A stretch of DNA of 64,000 nucleotides. It comes from Camelus ferus. Taxonomy: Eukaryota. The notes beneath the pieces are model-generated. The model did no database searches and was not told the origin of the DNA. It saw only the letters and a list, made by a program, of their open reading frames with translations. A program made the position numbers and the translations under genes. Each line of letters opens with the position of its first letter. Positions within the stretch are counted from its first letter, which is position 1. This document shows positions 23,817-36,279 of the stretch, piece by piece. The DNA is taken from contig NC_045697.1 of assembly GCF_009834535.1 (NCBI RefSeq), positions 105,960,001-106,024,000 on the forward strand, read 5' to 3'.

Positions 23817-23851
23817 GACTGCCATCTGTTGGTGGTTCTCTTGAATTGCAG
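23817..23851 (-). promoter_or_regulatory. Putative CTCF site (core plus upstream motif)
   Basis: Minus strand CTGCAATTCAAGAGAACCACCAACAGATGGCAGTC: core CCAACAGATGGCAG plus TGCAATTC upstream motif. Confidence 0.6.
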
Positions 23852-25399
23852 GATCCACTCTAAGGGTTTCCTGACTTCTTGAGTATCAAAATAACAAATC
23901 TATGTCATGACACTGATTTTTGGCCATCTTAATTTCTATTAATAAAAACTCTGCAAAGATTGCTTGGTTGCATTATTTAAGCTACGATGCCATTATTATA
24001 TACAGTTACCACAGATGACTTAAGTTGAGTTAATCACACTGATTCTAATTGTAAAGGAATATAAATTGCAGCCATTGCTAGAAAATAATTACTTTTAAAT
24101 TTTAGGGTCACATTCAGCGAATATCTACAGCTGGAAACACATAATAATATTGAGAGTGGAGAATTTTTTAATTCTGATTGGATTTTAAAAAATAACTAGA
24201 ATAAGTTAATCCATTTTCAGTGTGCAGTTGTCACTTTATAACTTTAGGATTAGACCTAAAGCCTGAAACTTAGGGCTGCTTGGGATAGTGTGTTTGGGAA
24301 ATGGCCTTTGAGTCATTGAGTCACTCGTCACACAGTACATAGTTGGCAACATGCCATTGCTGTCAGTTGCTTATTTCTCATGGAAAGACAGGCCCACAAG
24401 TGAGATTTCCCAGCATGGGTGAAAGGGCCTAGCAATGTATAAATAAAAAATCCAAGAAGCATCTTGAAGGACTGAATGGGGTCCTCACCCTGATCAGGGA
24501 GGGTTTTTAGTCTGAAGAATTAGATGCCAGAGAATCATGAACCTTTGTCAAAAGCACTGCTGGGTTCCTTGCATTGTGGGGTAACTTCAATGCAGTTGAG
24601 TTTCTGTATCTTTATGGACAGTAAAGTAAATGAGACACATCGATTTCCCTTGGCTTCTTTCTGTCAAGTCACATTGCTATCTCCCTTGAGAGAAACCTGC
24701 AAGTAGGCTTTCAGTCCTTTTAAGCAAAAAAGTCCTGGATGCATGGGATAGTCTTTGGCATCATATTGAAACCCAAATCATCTATGGCCAGTGATGACAG
24801 GTAGCCATTCTCCCTGCCATGTCTAGGGGAATATCTTAACCTAAATCTTCCTATACAGTACACTTGATCTAGAACCCTTACCCCTACCAAATCCTGGAAG
24901 TAAGTACATACTACATGGCTAAATCTGGCTCCAATACTAGAGCAGTATCCAATCTCTTTCCCTTCAATAGCTCCATATGCTATTCATTTACCACCCATGC
25001 CTTTCCCTCCTGTTAGTCACCATCCCTAATGTAGAAACTCAAAAATGTCACAACAATGGATGCTTAACAGTGGCTAATTCTCCTTTTGCTATAATGTTAA
25101 ATTGTTATGATATGAATTTGTATATCTTTGATGCTAAAGAATTCAATCTTTTCACATGTAATCTTTGTGCTGAATAGAGCAGCACCAAAGGTCCAGATTA
25201 TATTTTTTATAAGTTTCCATTTTGTTTTTATAGTGGTACACTTGGGAATACCCACTACATCAAATTAAGTAATTTTCTTTCTTCTTTCCTAATGTACCAC
25301 ATACTTGTAATTTCTCCTATTACTGACTTATAATGAGAATTTAATTAGCAAAGAAAAGAATTTAACATGTTCTACCTCACTAATAATAAATAAATTAAA

Positions 25400-26590
25400 A
25401 TTAAAACTACATATTTTTAAACTATCAAACTGACAAGGATTAAAAGCAAAATATTAGTATCTGATGTTGGAAAGTTTGTAGTAAAGAGAAACTCTCATTT
25501 GCTGAAGGTAGTTTTTTTAAGTTGCTGCACATTTTGTGGAGTGATTCCTAACAATGTTTATCAATACTTTTAAAATGTTTATACCACATATATCCAGAAA
25601 AGATGAAAGCTCTAATTCAAAAAGATACATACACCCCAATAGTTTATAACAGCACTATTTACAAGAGCCAACACATGGAAGCAATGTCCATTCACAGATG
25701 AATGGATAAAGAAGATGTTGAGGTGTTGGAATATTACTCAGCCATAAAAAAGAATGAAATAATGTCATTTGCAGCAACTTGAATTGTCCTAGAGATTACC
25801 ATACTAAGTGAAGTAAGTCAGACAGAGAAAGATATATATCACTTATACATAGAATCTAAAAAATAATACAAATGAACTTATTTCAAGACAGAAATAGACT
25901 CACAGACAGAAAAAATAAATTAATGGTTACCAAAGGAGAAAGTAGGAAGCAGAGAGAAAGATAAATTAGGAGTCTGGGATTTTTCAGATACATACTGCTA
26001 TATATAAGATAGATAAACAACAAGGTCCTACCCTATAGCACAGGGAACTATATTAATAAAATTAAAAATACTTCAATAAAAATTAAAAAATAAAAAAGAT
26101 ATAAAAATGGATACAAAAAATAAAAATAAGTAAAAATAAACTGTTTATCTCATAAACTTATTGATAAATGTTCTAGGAAATTATGTTTTCAATTATGGAG
26201 AGCTATATAGAGATTTACATATACTTTCATTATAATGAAATTTTATACTATTTCATATACTTTGTACATGTAGTATGCAATTATAATTATATTAGTAACA
26301 GAAACAATCAAGGTTTCTCAAGAATGGGTGGTGAATAACTAAACCACGCCACATCCGTTAAGATGGAATGTTATATAGATACATCATTCAGATATATGTA
26401 AATAGCTGTTGATAGAGATATATAAGTAGAAACTAATACAATAAAAATATGAAACACCAAAATGTTACCAGGGACTATTTCTACATAATAGGATTTTGGG
26501 TCATTCTCATTTTTTTAAATATTTTATTTCCTGCATTAAAAAAAAAAAACTTACAATGACTATCAACTATTTAATAGTTTAAGAAAATGT
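25400..26590 (+). mobile_element. Old L1M (L1MC/ME-like) 3' region interrupted by a younger L1
   Basis: 'tatcaaactgacaaggattaaaa...tgttggaaagtttgtagtaaagagaaactctca' and later 'accaaaatgttaccagggactatttct...ggattttgggtcatt'. Confidence 0.6.
25590..26135 (+). mobile_element. Cetartiodactyl L1 3' end (ORF2 end plus partly deleted 3' UTR)
   Basis: 'ctctaattcaaaaagatacatacacccca', 'cagatgaatggataaagaagatg', 'gaaatagactcacagac', 'aacaacaaggtcctac...tagcacagggaactatatt'. Confidence 0.9.
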
Positions 26591-28242
26591 TATAATGATC
26601 TGAAAGAAAAATATGGAAAATTATAAAAGTGAGCCAAATATTAAGTCAAATATTTTCTCATTTGATGTGATGTCAATTCACAATGTTCTTGAGTCTTTCA
26701 GTTTGCTTGCCATGGTTGAAAAGATGGGAAGGTTTTTTGTTTGGGCCCTTTGGCCTCAGTACTGAGTCCCAGCTTCTCACACTTCTGTTGTTCCCATCTT
26801 CAAGGACACTATTTGGGGAATTCCGTAGAGCTCAGTACCTAGCATTGTCTCTGCTGGCCACCTCCATTTATTGTGAGACAGGAGGGTTACCTGTTGCCCT
26901 CTTCTCCTTCAGGACTTCTTTCTTCCTGTCTCTGGCTTTGTGCCGAGGAAAAGAGTTAATCTGTGCCTCACTAGGAAATTCCCTTGCTTGCAAATCTTCA
27001 TCCTCCATCACTATAATACTTCCTGTGTTGGTTCCTAGTCCTGACTGGACCCTAGTCACAATTCTTATGGATAAACTCCCAGATTTCTGTGCCACGGTTA
27101 CTCAGGGGACCATTGCACAAGTTTGTTGCAACTCTACTACTGATATTTTGATACTAGTTCTTTTGCTATGACAGATAGTAAACCCTTACCAGTTTCAGTA
27201 CAAAGATCTCCAACACCTGTTTTCTTTTTATGTTAATTTTATTTTTATTGCATAAGAATTTTTAACAGATAAGAGTTTTTCAGTTTCCTTCTATGATTTA
27301 TCTTGTGTCAATTATAAAAATTGTCTTTCATCTGTAGATTTTTAAAGAAAATTCTGTACTAGTTTCAGGTAGAGACTTATATTTTGGTTGGTATGAGGGA
27401 GAAAGCCATGTTCTCTAGGGTTGGCTCTAGAAGAAGATGCATATTTCTGGGGTTGAGATTTTTCATATTAAATGATTTGGGGCATTCACTGGTAGGGTCT
27501 CTACAACTGGTGCTAGTGTTGGAATTTATGGGGGGGCTCTTAACTTGGGGACAAGTCAGGGAAGGGAATGCTCACCTGAGGGAGATAAGCTGTCCCAGAA
27601 ATATGGCCGCTGACTGCACACTATGGAGAAGGGCCGCCTGTAAGAGAATCCTATGCGAATTGGCACAGTATGACCAACGGATACTGGGAGCTAAAATGTT
27701 TTATATTTAGTTTTAATTTAAAAAATATTCCAAGGTGTCATTTCATTATTTTAGCCCCGAGTCTAAGTATTATCTAGACAACTACAATCTGAGGAATAAA
27801 GAAATTGTTCCTGTTTTGGAGGTGAAATTGCTGAATTAGTAGACTATTTGACTCCTAAAATCTGTGCAAGGAAGCCCTAAAAGATACTCAGAAATACTTG
27901 GACAGGAGGTTGGTTTTCCTGAAGCCATACAGGATGAGGTTCAGTTTATTGTCACTTAAATTAAAGGAGAAGGTAATTCCAGAAGGATAGGTATAAATTC
28001 AGTGTAACTCCACATGGGCTATATTTATTTTATTGTTAATTGCTATGCAGTTCTAGCCACACAATTTTTTTTAAATAGACATCCCTTCTGCTTTATTTAT
28101 ACATTTTACTTTGCATTAAAAATCCTTACGTAGCTGAGTTTAATTTCTTTCTTTCTTTTCTATGACCCTAGTTTCTTAACACTAGTACCACACTACTTTA
28201 AGTAATGCTTTTTGAATTTTTCTTTTCCTTTTTTTTTTCTAA

Positions 28243-28700
28243 GTATTAGTTCCCCATGGCTGTTGCAACAAAGTACCACAAATTTGGTGGCTAAGAACAA
28301 CAGAAATGTATTCTCTCACAGTTCTGAAGGCTAAAAGTCTGCAATCAATTTGCGAGCAGGGCCACATTCTCTCTGAAGTCTTCAGGGGCTGACCCTTCCC
28401 CACTTCTTCCTAGCTTGTCCTGCTCACTGGGCACCTTTTGCATTCTTTGGCATTCTGGACACGTGACTCCCATGTTCGCCTCTGTCCTGGCATGGTGGTT
28501 TCCTCGTGTGTGTCTGTCTCTGTCCGAGTTCCCTCTTTTTCATGGGGATATCAGTCATATTGGATTTAGTGCTTATTCTCATCCAGAATAAACTCATGCT
28601 AACTTGATCCCATCTGCAAAGACTTTATTTCCAGATAAGATCACAGTCACAGGTTCTAGGTGGACATAACATTTTGGAGAACAGTATTCAACACAGTACA
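28243..28700 (-). mobile_element. MLT1B/C MaLR solo LTR (includes U5)
   Basis: 'gtattagttcccc...gtaccacaaatttggtggctaagaacaacagaaatgtattctctcacagttctg' through 'catctgcaaagactttatttccagataagatcacagtcacaggt...attcaacacagtaca'. Confidence 0.9.
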
Positions 28701-28824
28701 AGTATATTCTAATATCTCCTATTGTCATATTGGTCTTTTTATCACACAGACCTATGGAATCATAGAACTTACATAATATTGTCACTGGGACTAAAGATCT
28801 GGTTTTTTAAAAAAAATCTTAATT

Positions 28825-29390
28825 TTTTTCATCAATTAAGCAAATATTGACTAATGAATATGGATTATGTGTCTGGTACTGTTTTTGATACAAGGATTCA
28901 ATAAATGAGGTGCCTGACCTCATGGGGCTTAGACTCCAGTGTGAGAGAGTAAGGATACAGATAACAAATGAGTAAATAATTGTATGCTGTCATTTCATAT
29001 TCAAGAGAAAATAATACAGGCTGAAGAGGGAGAGATTCACTGGCGGTAGGATCACTGCAGAGATGACATTTGAGCAGAGACTTAAAGGATTAGAAACAGC
29101 CAGACCTGTGAATTTTCAGAAAAGAAATTTGAGGGTGAAGACACAGCCAATGCAAAGACCTTGAGTGATGACACTTGTGCAGCGTATTCAAGGGGTTTCA
29201 GATAGATGAATTGATGGGGCAAGTAGTGAGCAAAGGGGAGATACAGACCATGAAGCAGACAGGGGACAGGGGTCGGGCTTTGTAAGGTCTTCTAGGCTAC
29301 GCCAGGAGTTCTAATTATAAGAGGAAGCCACTGGATGGTTGTAAGTATGAAAGGGTTATGATCTGATGTATGCTTTCAAAAATGTCATTC
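28825..29390 (-). mobile_element. L2 fragment
   Basis: 'gtgcctgacctcatggggcttagactccagtg', 'gatgacatttgagcagagacttaaagga', 'gaagccactggatggttgtaag...atgatctgat'. Confidence 0.8.
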
Positions 29391-29464
29391 CACAAGTAAT
29401 GTTTGCAGCCATTTTCCACGACTCTTGGAGAGTTAACCCTCTCCCTAAATAAGTCCGGGTCCTG

Positions 29465-29800
29465 GTCTGGGCTATGTTGAAATAACAGATATAAACTCTG
29501 AAATTTCAGTGGTGGAAGACCGGATTAATTTCTCCCTCAAATAAAGTCACATACGTCAGGACTCTTTCTTCTTCTTGTAGCTACTTGGCTTAGAACATAT
29601 ACCCCTGAGGATGCTGTGGCAAAAGAAGGAAGAAGACTGCAGGACCCTGTCAGATGTTTCTAAGGGCCAGACCTAGGAGTGGCTTATGTGGCATCTGCCC
29701 ACATACTGTGGACCTGAACGCAATCATACTGGCACAAAGAGATCAGCAAGGGAGATTAGGAATTTCATCTTCTTTTATGTCTGAGAAAAGAAGACAAATG
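29465..29800 (-). mobile_element. MLT1K/L-like MaLR LTR
   Basis: 'ggctatgttgaaataacaga...aaatttcagtgg', 'ggccagacctaggagtggcttatgtggcatctgcccacat', 'gcaagggagattaggaat'. Confidence 0.6.
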
Positions 29801-30404
29801 TTACTGCCAAACTTCTTGAGTCATGATGACTCTGACTCATTGTTTTTTAGAACCATAAGGAGGTTCTAGACATTCTCTCTTCTTCTTTAGGAAGAGTAAA
29901 GCCTGACCTCCAGGGTTTTGGCATCAACTAGCAACAAGGAACTTCATCAGTCTGATATAGTTCCCAAACCCCCACAGACCCCCAGACCTCCTAACAGATC
30001 TGGGCTCTTGATACAGTGATGACTGTTTCCTGGCCATTCTGGATTACATTTGGCTTACTGCCCCAAACTGGAGTCGCCTAGGTCAAAGAACCTTCTCCAG
30101 GACTAGAACTCAGAATGATATGCATTTCACACAGCTCTGAACCCAAAGGATGGAATGGACCATGAGCGGCTGAATCTTTACCTTTTTTAAGGGAGAGGAC
30201 TGGTAGAGTGAGTTAAATTTTGGTCACCTCCCTGACTTTGCTTTATGGTCAACAAAATTGATTTCTCTGCCAAATTTTCTTTACACCACTTCTTTTTCTC
30301 CATGAGAAAGGAAAACTTATTTCAGGACCACAAAGGAAAAATTTTACAGTTGTTTGACTTGTGAAAGACTTGTCTCTAAGCCAGTAATAATACCAATACT
30401 GGTG

Positions 30405-30640
30405 ATACTGGGAGTATTTACCAGTTATTCTTTTTTGGTCAGGCACTGTGATAAATTCTTTCAAATAATTTTTTTTTTCTTTTAACTGTTACCACAAATG
30501 TATGCAGTTGGAACTACCAAAAAGTTGTTGAAACTGAGTGGTAGAAAGATTACATCCTCTTTCTGGTCACATGGCTAATACACTGTGAGCCAGGATTCAA
30601 ACTCATGGGTTTCTAACTCCTAATTCCATGCTCTTAATCA
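30405..30640 (-). mobile_element. MIR SINE
   Basis: 'ggtcacatggctaatacactgtgagccaggattcaaactcatgggtttctaactcc...catgctcttaatcac'. Confidence 0.75.
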
Positions 30641-31176
30641 CAAAAGAACAATACAATAGATCCTCTGCTTATTTTGATTCATCAAAATGCAAATATTTGG
30701 GTTAAAAATTTCGGGGCCAAGTACTAATTTCCCTAATACTTAGAATTCTGTAGAGTCTATAGTTTACCTTTTTATGACAAGCAAATCAAACACATATTAA
30801 CCTTTTTTCACCACGAAGATAATTAAACCAAAATGTTCGCAAACGTTGTAAGTGCTGTAGACGCAAAAGGATATTCATGCCTTCTTCCATGGCATCCACC
30901 CCCCAGCCCAGCCCAGACGGCCACCGCCTGGTGATCAGCCCCCCGGGTCATGCTTATTTGTGTTAAAATCTCTCATATTGCTTTGCAAATAGTGTGCTTT
31001 CAACAAATGTCTGTTAAATTAATGAATTCATATTTCCCTAAGTGCCTACCTGGTTGAAAATATATGGAGGAACACCAAGTATTAATATCTTTTGAAATTA
31101 TAATGTGATGTGTGCTTTTTGTTTATGTTAAGAGCACTTTTTTTTTTTTTGTTATCTATAAAATGGAAGATCACTG

Positions 31177-31682
31177 TGTTACCGAATTAGTCAACTGGAC
31201 TTGCAGGGGGCCCTAGTCCTGGGCTTGAGACCTTTTGTCTCTGCCAGGGAGATTCTTTTGCCAACTGGATTCAAGAAACAGATAATGAAACTAATGCTGA
31301 GACTGAAACAGCACAAGCTTTACTCGATGGCCAAAGAATGGAGAAGGGGGAAACTTAGTTCGCAAATCAACTTCTCAACCCAGTGTGGGTGAAGACACCA
31401 AATATATAGGAGAGTGGGGGTAAAAGGGAGGTTATTGAAAAGGGTAGGAGGAATATCCATCCACGACTGACCCAAGAATAGGGGTGTGGTTTGGACCCAG
31501 AACCTATGCAAATCTCCTTTTCAGTCTTTGTATGGGCTTTTCCTAGTTGTCATGGCAACGGTCAACTTTCAGAGTGCCTGTGATGTGTCGTCTAGCATGT
31601 TAAATGACAATGAGCATGTAACTAGGCTCAAGGTCTACTGGAAGTCAAATCTTCCACCATCTTGGGCCTGGCTGGTTCTACC

Positions 31683-31714
<32 letters not shown>

Positions 31715-31813
31715 ATCTTTTTACAGCTTCTTTCTGAAACTTAGGTAAGACTAATTGGTTTCTGCTCCAGGGAGGGGCAGGCATATGATTCTGGGGCAAC
31801 AGCCTTGGTAACA
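31177..31813 (-). mobile_element. Lineage-specific ERV solo LTR
   Basis: 7-bp inverted termini TGTTACC...GGTAACA; about 640 bp; minus-strand AGTAAA (tttact near 31319); flanks actg/atta are only a partial TSD. Confidence 0.8.
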
Positions 31814-33969
31814 ATTACAGAAAACACTTATATGTTTCATATAGAATACATATGCATATACATATTAAATGGGATTATGCTGGTGCACTGTTCTTAATTT
31901 TTTAATTTTTCATTTGATTATATATCAGCTACTATTCAACTGAAAAAAAAACACCTTTCTAACAAATGATGAATAATATATGGCTAATCTGTAAACTTTT
32001 CATAGTCCATTTCTGCTGCAGTTTTCTGGAAAGCAACATGTGAAACTAGATCTAAACCTCCCTGAGAAATAGCTTCATAAGTTTTACTGTTGAGCCAGTA
32101 AAATATTCTTGCCTCAAATTCAACAAGGCAGCTCAAATGTGAGATTGTTTTTCACATATAATATGTACATAGTAGATTTATGCAAAAATGTTACTGGTAA
32201 GTAGTCCAAACAAAACAAGGTCCCTTCATTACAAATACAGGCAAAACCAAGATAAATAATTAAACAATCATTTAAAAACCCATAAACACAGTGCTGGTGC
32301 ATGTGCGCACACGCACACACACACAGAACGGTCTCATTAACTTCAAACCATAAGAAATTAATTACAGATTCATTGCTAATGAACATATGGGATAAGTGCT
32401 GACACTCAACTGGTTTCAGTTCAGTGATCACAGAAACAAAGCAGTGCTCACAGACAGATGGTGGGGGAAGCGTCAGTGAGTGGGGCCAGGAAGCAAGACT
32501 CCTTCATAACTATGGAAAACAGTTCCAACATATTCAGAACGAGAAAAAAAGGGCTCCAAAATCCATCCCATTCTGAATCTGAACAGACCTTCTCCACCAT
32601 TACCACCTGCTCTCTACCTCCAGAGAAGCTGAAAGGTCTGAGGAGGGAGAAGATTGAGCACAGGGGAGAGGCAAGGCAGGGAGGCATTGGCAAAGAAAGA
32701 GATACCTACCCCCTAAAAATAAATAAAATGGAAAAAAGAGAAAAGAAGAGATGACTGTGTCTGAAAAAAAGAGTCACAAGCCAGAATCAGACAGCTATCT
32801 ATTCCGAGAGGTCATGAATTAAAGCAGAGGCTAAGTCACGAAGTGATGGCAGAGAAGATGGTGATCTTTTTCCATTTAAATATGCAGACAGTTTGAAACA
32901 ACCCCCCTCGAAAGATACAGATCACAGGAGACACTTGCCTTTAATATGCTGAATTACAATATCAAACTCAAAAGAATTCACATGCAGCAGGACCATCACT
33001 TTACCTTCAGGATTCTTACCTCCCTGGGCTTCATGTCCATCAGCAGGATGTAAAAGCAAGCAGTACCACCTGGAGCTGTAAGACAGCGAAAGCCACCTCC
33101 TGGGTTACTTGGGATGAACAAATTCCCTCTCCTGTTTCTGTTCATGTCCAGACTCATCAATTCATTATTCATCACCTGAGATGTACGCATTATTCATGAC
33201 TAAATATTTTTCAGTTCATATTGTTGGTTCTTCCTCTTGAATCACTCTCCTATTCTTACTCATCTGTGTTTAGATCCATTGTAAATGTCTTAATCTGTCT
33301 ATGAGGTGCAGCACTCCTAAACACTTTGTGTCTTCATACATTACCTATCTTCTTGAAGTATTTTAAGAAATTATTCCCCAGATGTTTTAACTTCTTTGGG
33401 AATCTGTTCCCTTTAATATTCGTCTTCTTAGTTCTAGAATCAATTCCCATCAGTTTATATGATCTCTAACTCTATACTGATGAAAGTTTTCAGCTGTAAT
33501 GTGGGTCCTAATGAATTCATTTAGCTTCTGGTTATGATTTTGATCTTCCCATCTGTCAGAGATGTACCAATCTTGAAAAACAAATCAGACACTATCAATT
33601 ATAAATAAATTTAGGCAATGATAATAATTAGAGAATATGATTCATTATACAAATCTATCATTTTTGCCAGATTTTACATAAGAGCCTGCCTAGCAAAGCA
33701 TAATTTAAATAATGTAAAAGGATGCTAAATAAGAAAGCATGAGGATTTCCATACTACTCTTTAATTGGCAGTTGGAACCTTTTGTTTGTTCTTCTGGCTG
33801 TAGAAAAGAAATAGGGCTCTAGCTAATGCACTTTCCAAGTAAATCTTCCAGTCCATGAAAGAGTATAATTCTATATAGATCATTTTGTACTAAACAGATA
33901 CACCTTTTACAAATTTCAGTGACTAGTTCTGGTTGGAGGGGTGTTTAATCATTACTTTGGTTATATTGA

Positions 33970-34310
33970 GAAAGTACAGTGTGATGGTTAAGGGTATGGC
34001 CTTTATTATTTTTTAAGTGGAGATATGGGACTTGAACCCAGGACCTTGTGCATCCTGAGCATGGGCTCCACCCCTGAGCTAGACACCCTGTTCCAGGGTA
34101 AGACCTTTAAACTTGAACTGCTTACATTCAAATCCCAGCTTCGCCACTTGTGGACTAAGTAATTGTGCTTTGGTTTCCTTTTATGTAAAATGGGGGAAAA
34201 AACTAGTTATTTGGGGAAAATATTTTCAAGACGAAGAGATGTAATGACATGTATAAGGGTTTCAGAGCCTGTAATGTGGCAAGGACTGAAGGAATGCTGG
34301 TATCATTATT
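33970..34310 (+). mobile_element. MIR SINE split by a tRNA-derived SINE
   Basis: 'cagtgtgatggttaagggtatgg' ... 'ttcaaatcccagcttcgccactt...gtttccttttatgtaaaatgggg'. Confidence 0.75.
34006..34094 (-). mobile_element. Short diverged tRNA(Ala)-derived (Vic-1-related) SINE
   Basis: Minus strand GGGTGTCTAGCTCAGGGGTGGAGCCCATGCTCAGGATGCACAAGGTCCTGGGTTCAAGTCCC; TSD agggtatggccttta at 33991-34005 and agggtaagaccttta at 34095-34109. Confidence 0.85.
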
Positions 34311-34324
34311 TTGATAAATGACTT

Positions 34325-35872
34325 TTTTTACATATATATCTATTCTTTTTCATATTCTTTTCCATTATAGGTTATTATAAGATACTGAGTATTGTATCCT
34401 GTGATATACAGTAGGTCCTTGTTAGTTATCTATTTTATATATAGCAGTGTGTATTTGTTAATCCCAAACTCCAAATTTATACCCCTCTCCCACTTTGGTA
34501 ACCATAAGTTTGCTTATTATCTGTGAGTCTGTTTCTGTTTTGTAAATAAGTTCATTTGTCTCATTTTTTTAGAATCCACATATAAGCAATATCATTTCAT
34601 ATCTTTCTCTGTCTGACTTATTTCACTTAATATGTCATCTCTAGGTCCATCCATGTTGCTGCAAATGGCGTTATTTCATTATTTTTATGACCGAGTAATA
34701 TTCATATATATATACACCACATATTCTTTATCCATTCATATGTCAATGGACACTTAGGTTGCTTCCATGTCTTGGCTATTGTAAACTAGTGCTGCTATGA
34801 ACATTGGGATGCATATGTCATTTTGAATTAGAGTATGCCCAGGAATGGGATTGCTGGTCATTCTATTTTTGCTTTTAAGGGACCTCCACATTGCTCTCCA
34901 TAGTGACTGCAACAATTTACATTCCCACCAACAGTATAGGAGGGTTCCCTTTTCTCCACACCCTCTCCAGCATTTATTGTTTGTAGACTTTTTGATGATA
35001 GACATTCTGACTAATGTGAGGTGATACCTCTTTGTAGTTTTGATTTGTTTTTTTCTAATAATTATCTATGTTGAGCATCTTTTCATGTGCCTGTTGGCCA
35101 TCTGTATGTCTTCTTTGGAGAAATGCTTATTTAGATCTTCTGCCCATTTTTGATTTTTTTTAATATTGAGCTATATGAGCTATTTATATATTTTGGAAAT
35201 TAATCCCTTGTCAGTTGTATAGTTTGCAAATATTTTCTCTCATTCTCTAGGTTATCTTTTTGCTTTGTTTATGGTTTCCTTTGCTGTGTAAAAGCTTTTA
35301 AGTTTAATTAGGTCCCATTTGTTTATTTTTGCTTTTATTTCCATTACTCTAGGAGCTGGTTCCAAAAAATAGTCCTGCATTTTATGTCAGAGAGTGTTAT
35401 GCCTATGTTTTACTTCCAGAGTTTTATATTATCTGGCCTTACATTTAGGTCTTTAATCCACTTGAGTTTATTTTTGTATAGGGTGTTAGAGAATGCTTTA
35501 GTTTCATTCTTTTACATGTAGCTGTCCAGTTTTCCCAGCACCACTTGTTGAAGAGACTATCTTTTCTCCATTGTATGTTCTTGCTTCCTTTGTCATAGAT
35601 TAATTGACCAAAAGTGTGTGGGTTTATTTCTGGACTTTCTATCCTATTTCATTGATCTATGTGTCTGTTTTTGTGGGAGTACCATACTGTTTTGATGACT
35701 GTAGCTTTGTAGTATAGTCTGAAGTCAAGGAGTGTGATTCCTCCAGCTCTGTTCTTCTTTCTCAAGATTACTTTGGCCAATCAGGGTCTTCTGTGTTTCC
35801 ATACAAATTTCAAAATTTTTATTCTAGTTCTGTGAAAAATGAGATTGGTCATTTGATAGGGATTTCATTGAT
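34325..35872 (-). mobile_element. L1 fragment, about 1.55 kb (decayed ORF2 3' part plus most of the 3' UTR)
   Basis: Minus-strand [33 protein letters not shown]; typical antisense L1 'gtagctttgtagtatagtctgaagtcaagg', 'ttttcccagcaccacttgttgaagagact'. Confidence 0.95.
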
Positions 35873-36279
35873 TTTAAAGCAAGAGAAACAACCTGTTCTT
35901 CAAAAGGAAGTGTGTGCATGTGGGAAGGGGGCAGGGTCTAGGTAGGAGAATTGGATCTTATAGCCTGTAAGATAGGGATGCTGTTGTCTCCCGTGTTACA
36001 CACAGTTCATGGATTTTGTCATCATGCTCTTTGTGCATATTAGAGGGACTTGGAACTAAAAAGAACTCTTGAATTAAAGATAAGAGAATATCCATGTTGG
36101 ATTACTTTTTCATTGTCTGTTTAGATACGTCATCTAATCTAGGACCCTTTAAGTCACCAAAGAAAGGAGGGTCCCAATTATTTATTTGATTTTTTTGCTT
36201 TATTCATCTTCATGTCTTTATGCTGTATTTTATACATTTTTTCAACTTGTCGTGGATAGTAAAAATTGACCTGCTTTCT

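Noticed and set aside
26683..27171. Longest ORF in the track (162 aa, +) and the overlapping 75-aa minus ORF
   Set aside because: Leu/Ser-rich composition typical of chance ORFs, no recognisable domain, and no poly(A)/TSD pseudogene hallmarks. It may be an unrecognised old repeat.
34754..35005. 83-aa ORF containing [20 protein letters not shown]
   Set aside because: Frameshifted L1 ORF2 fragment.
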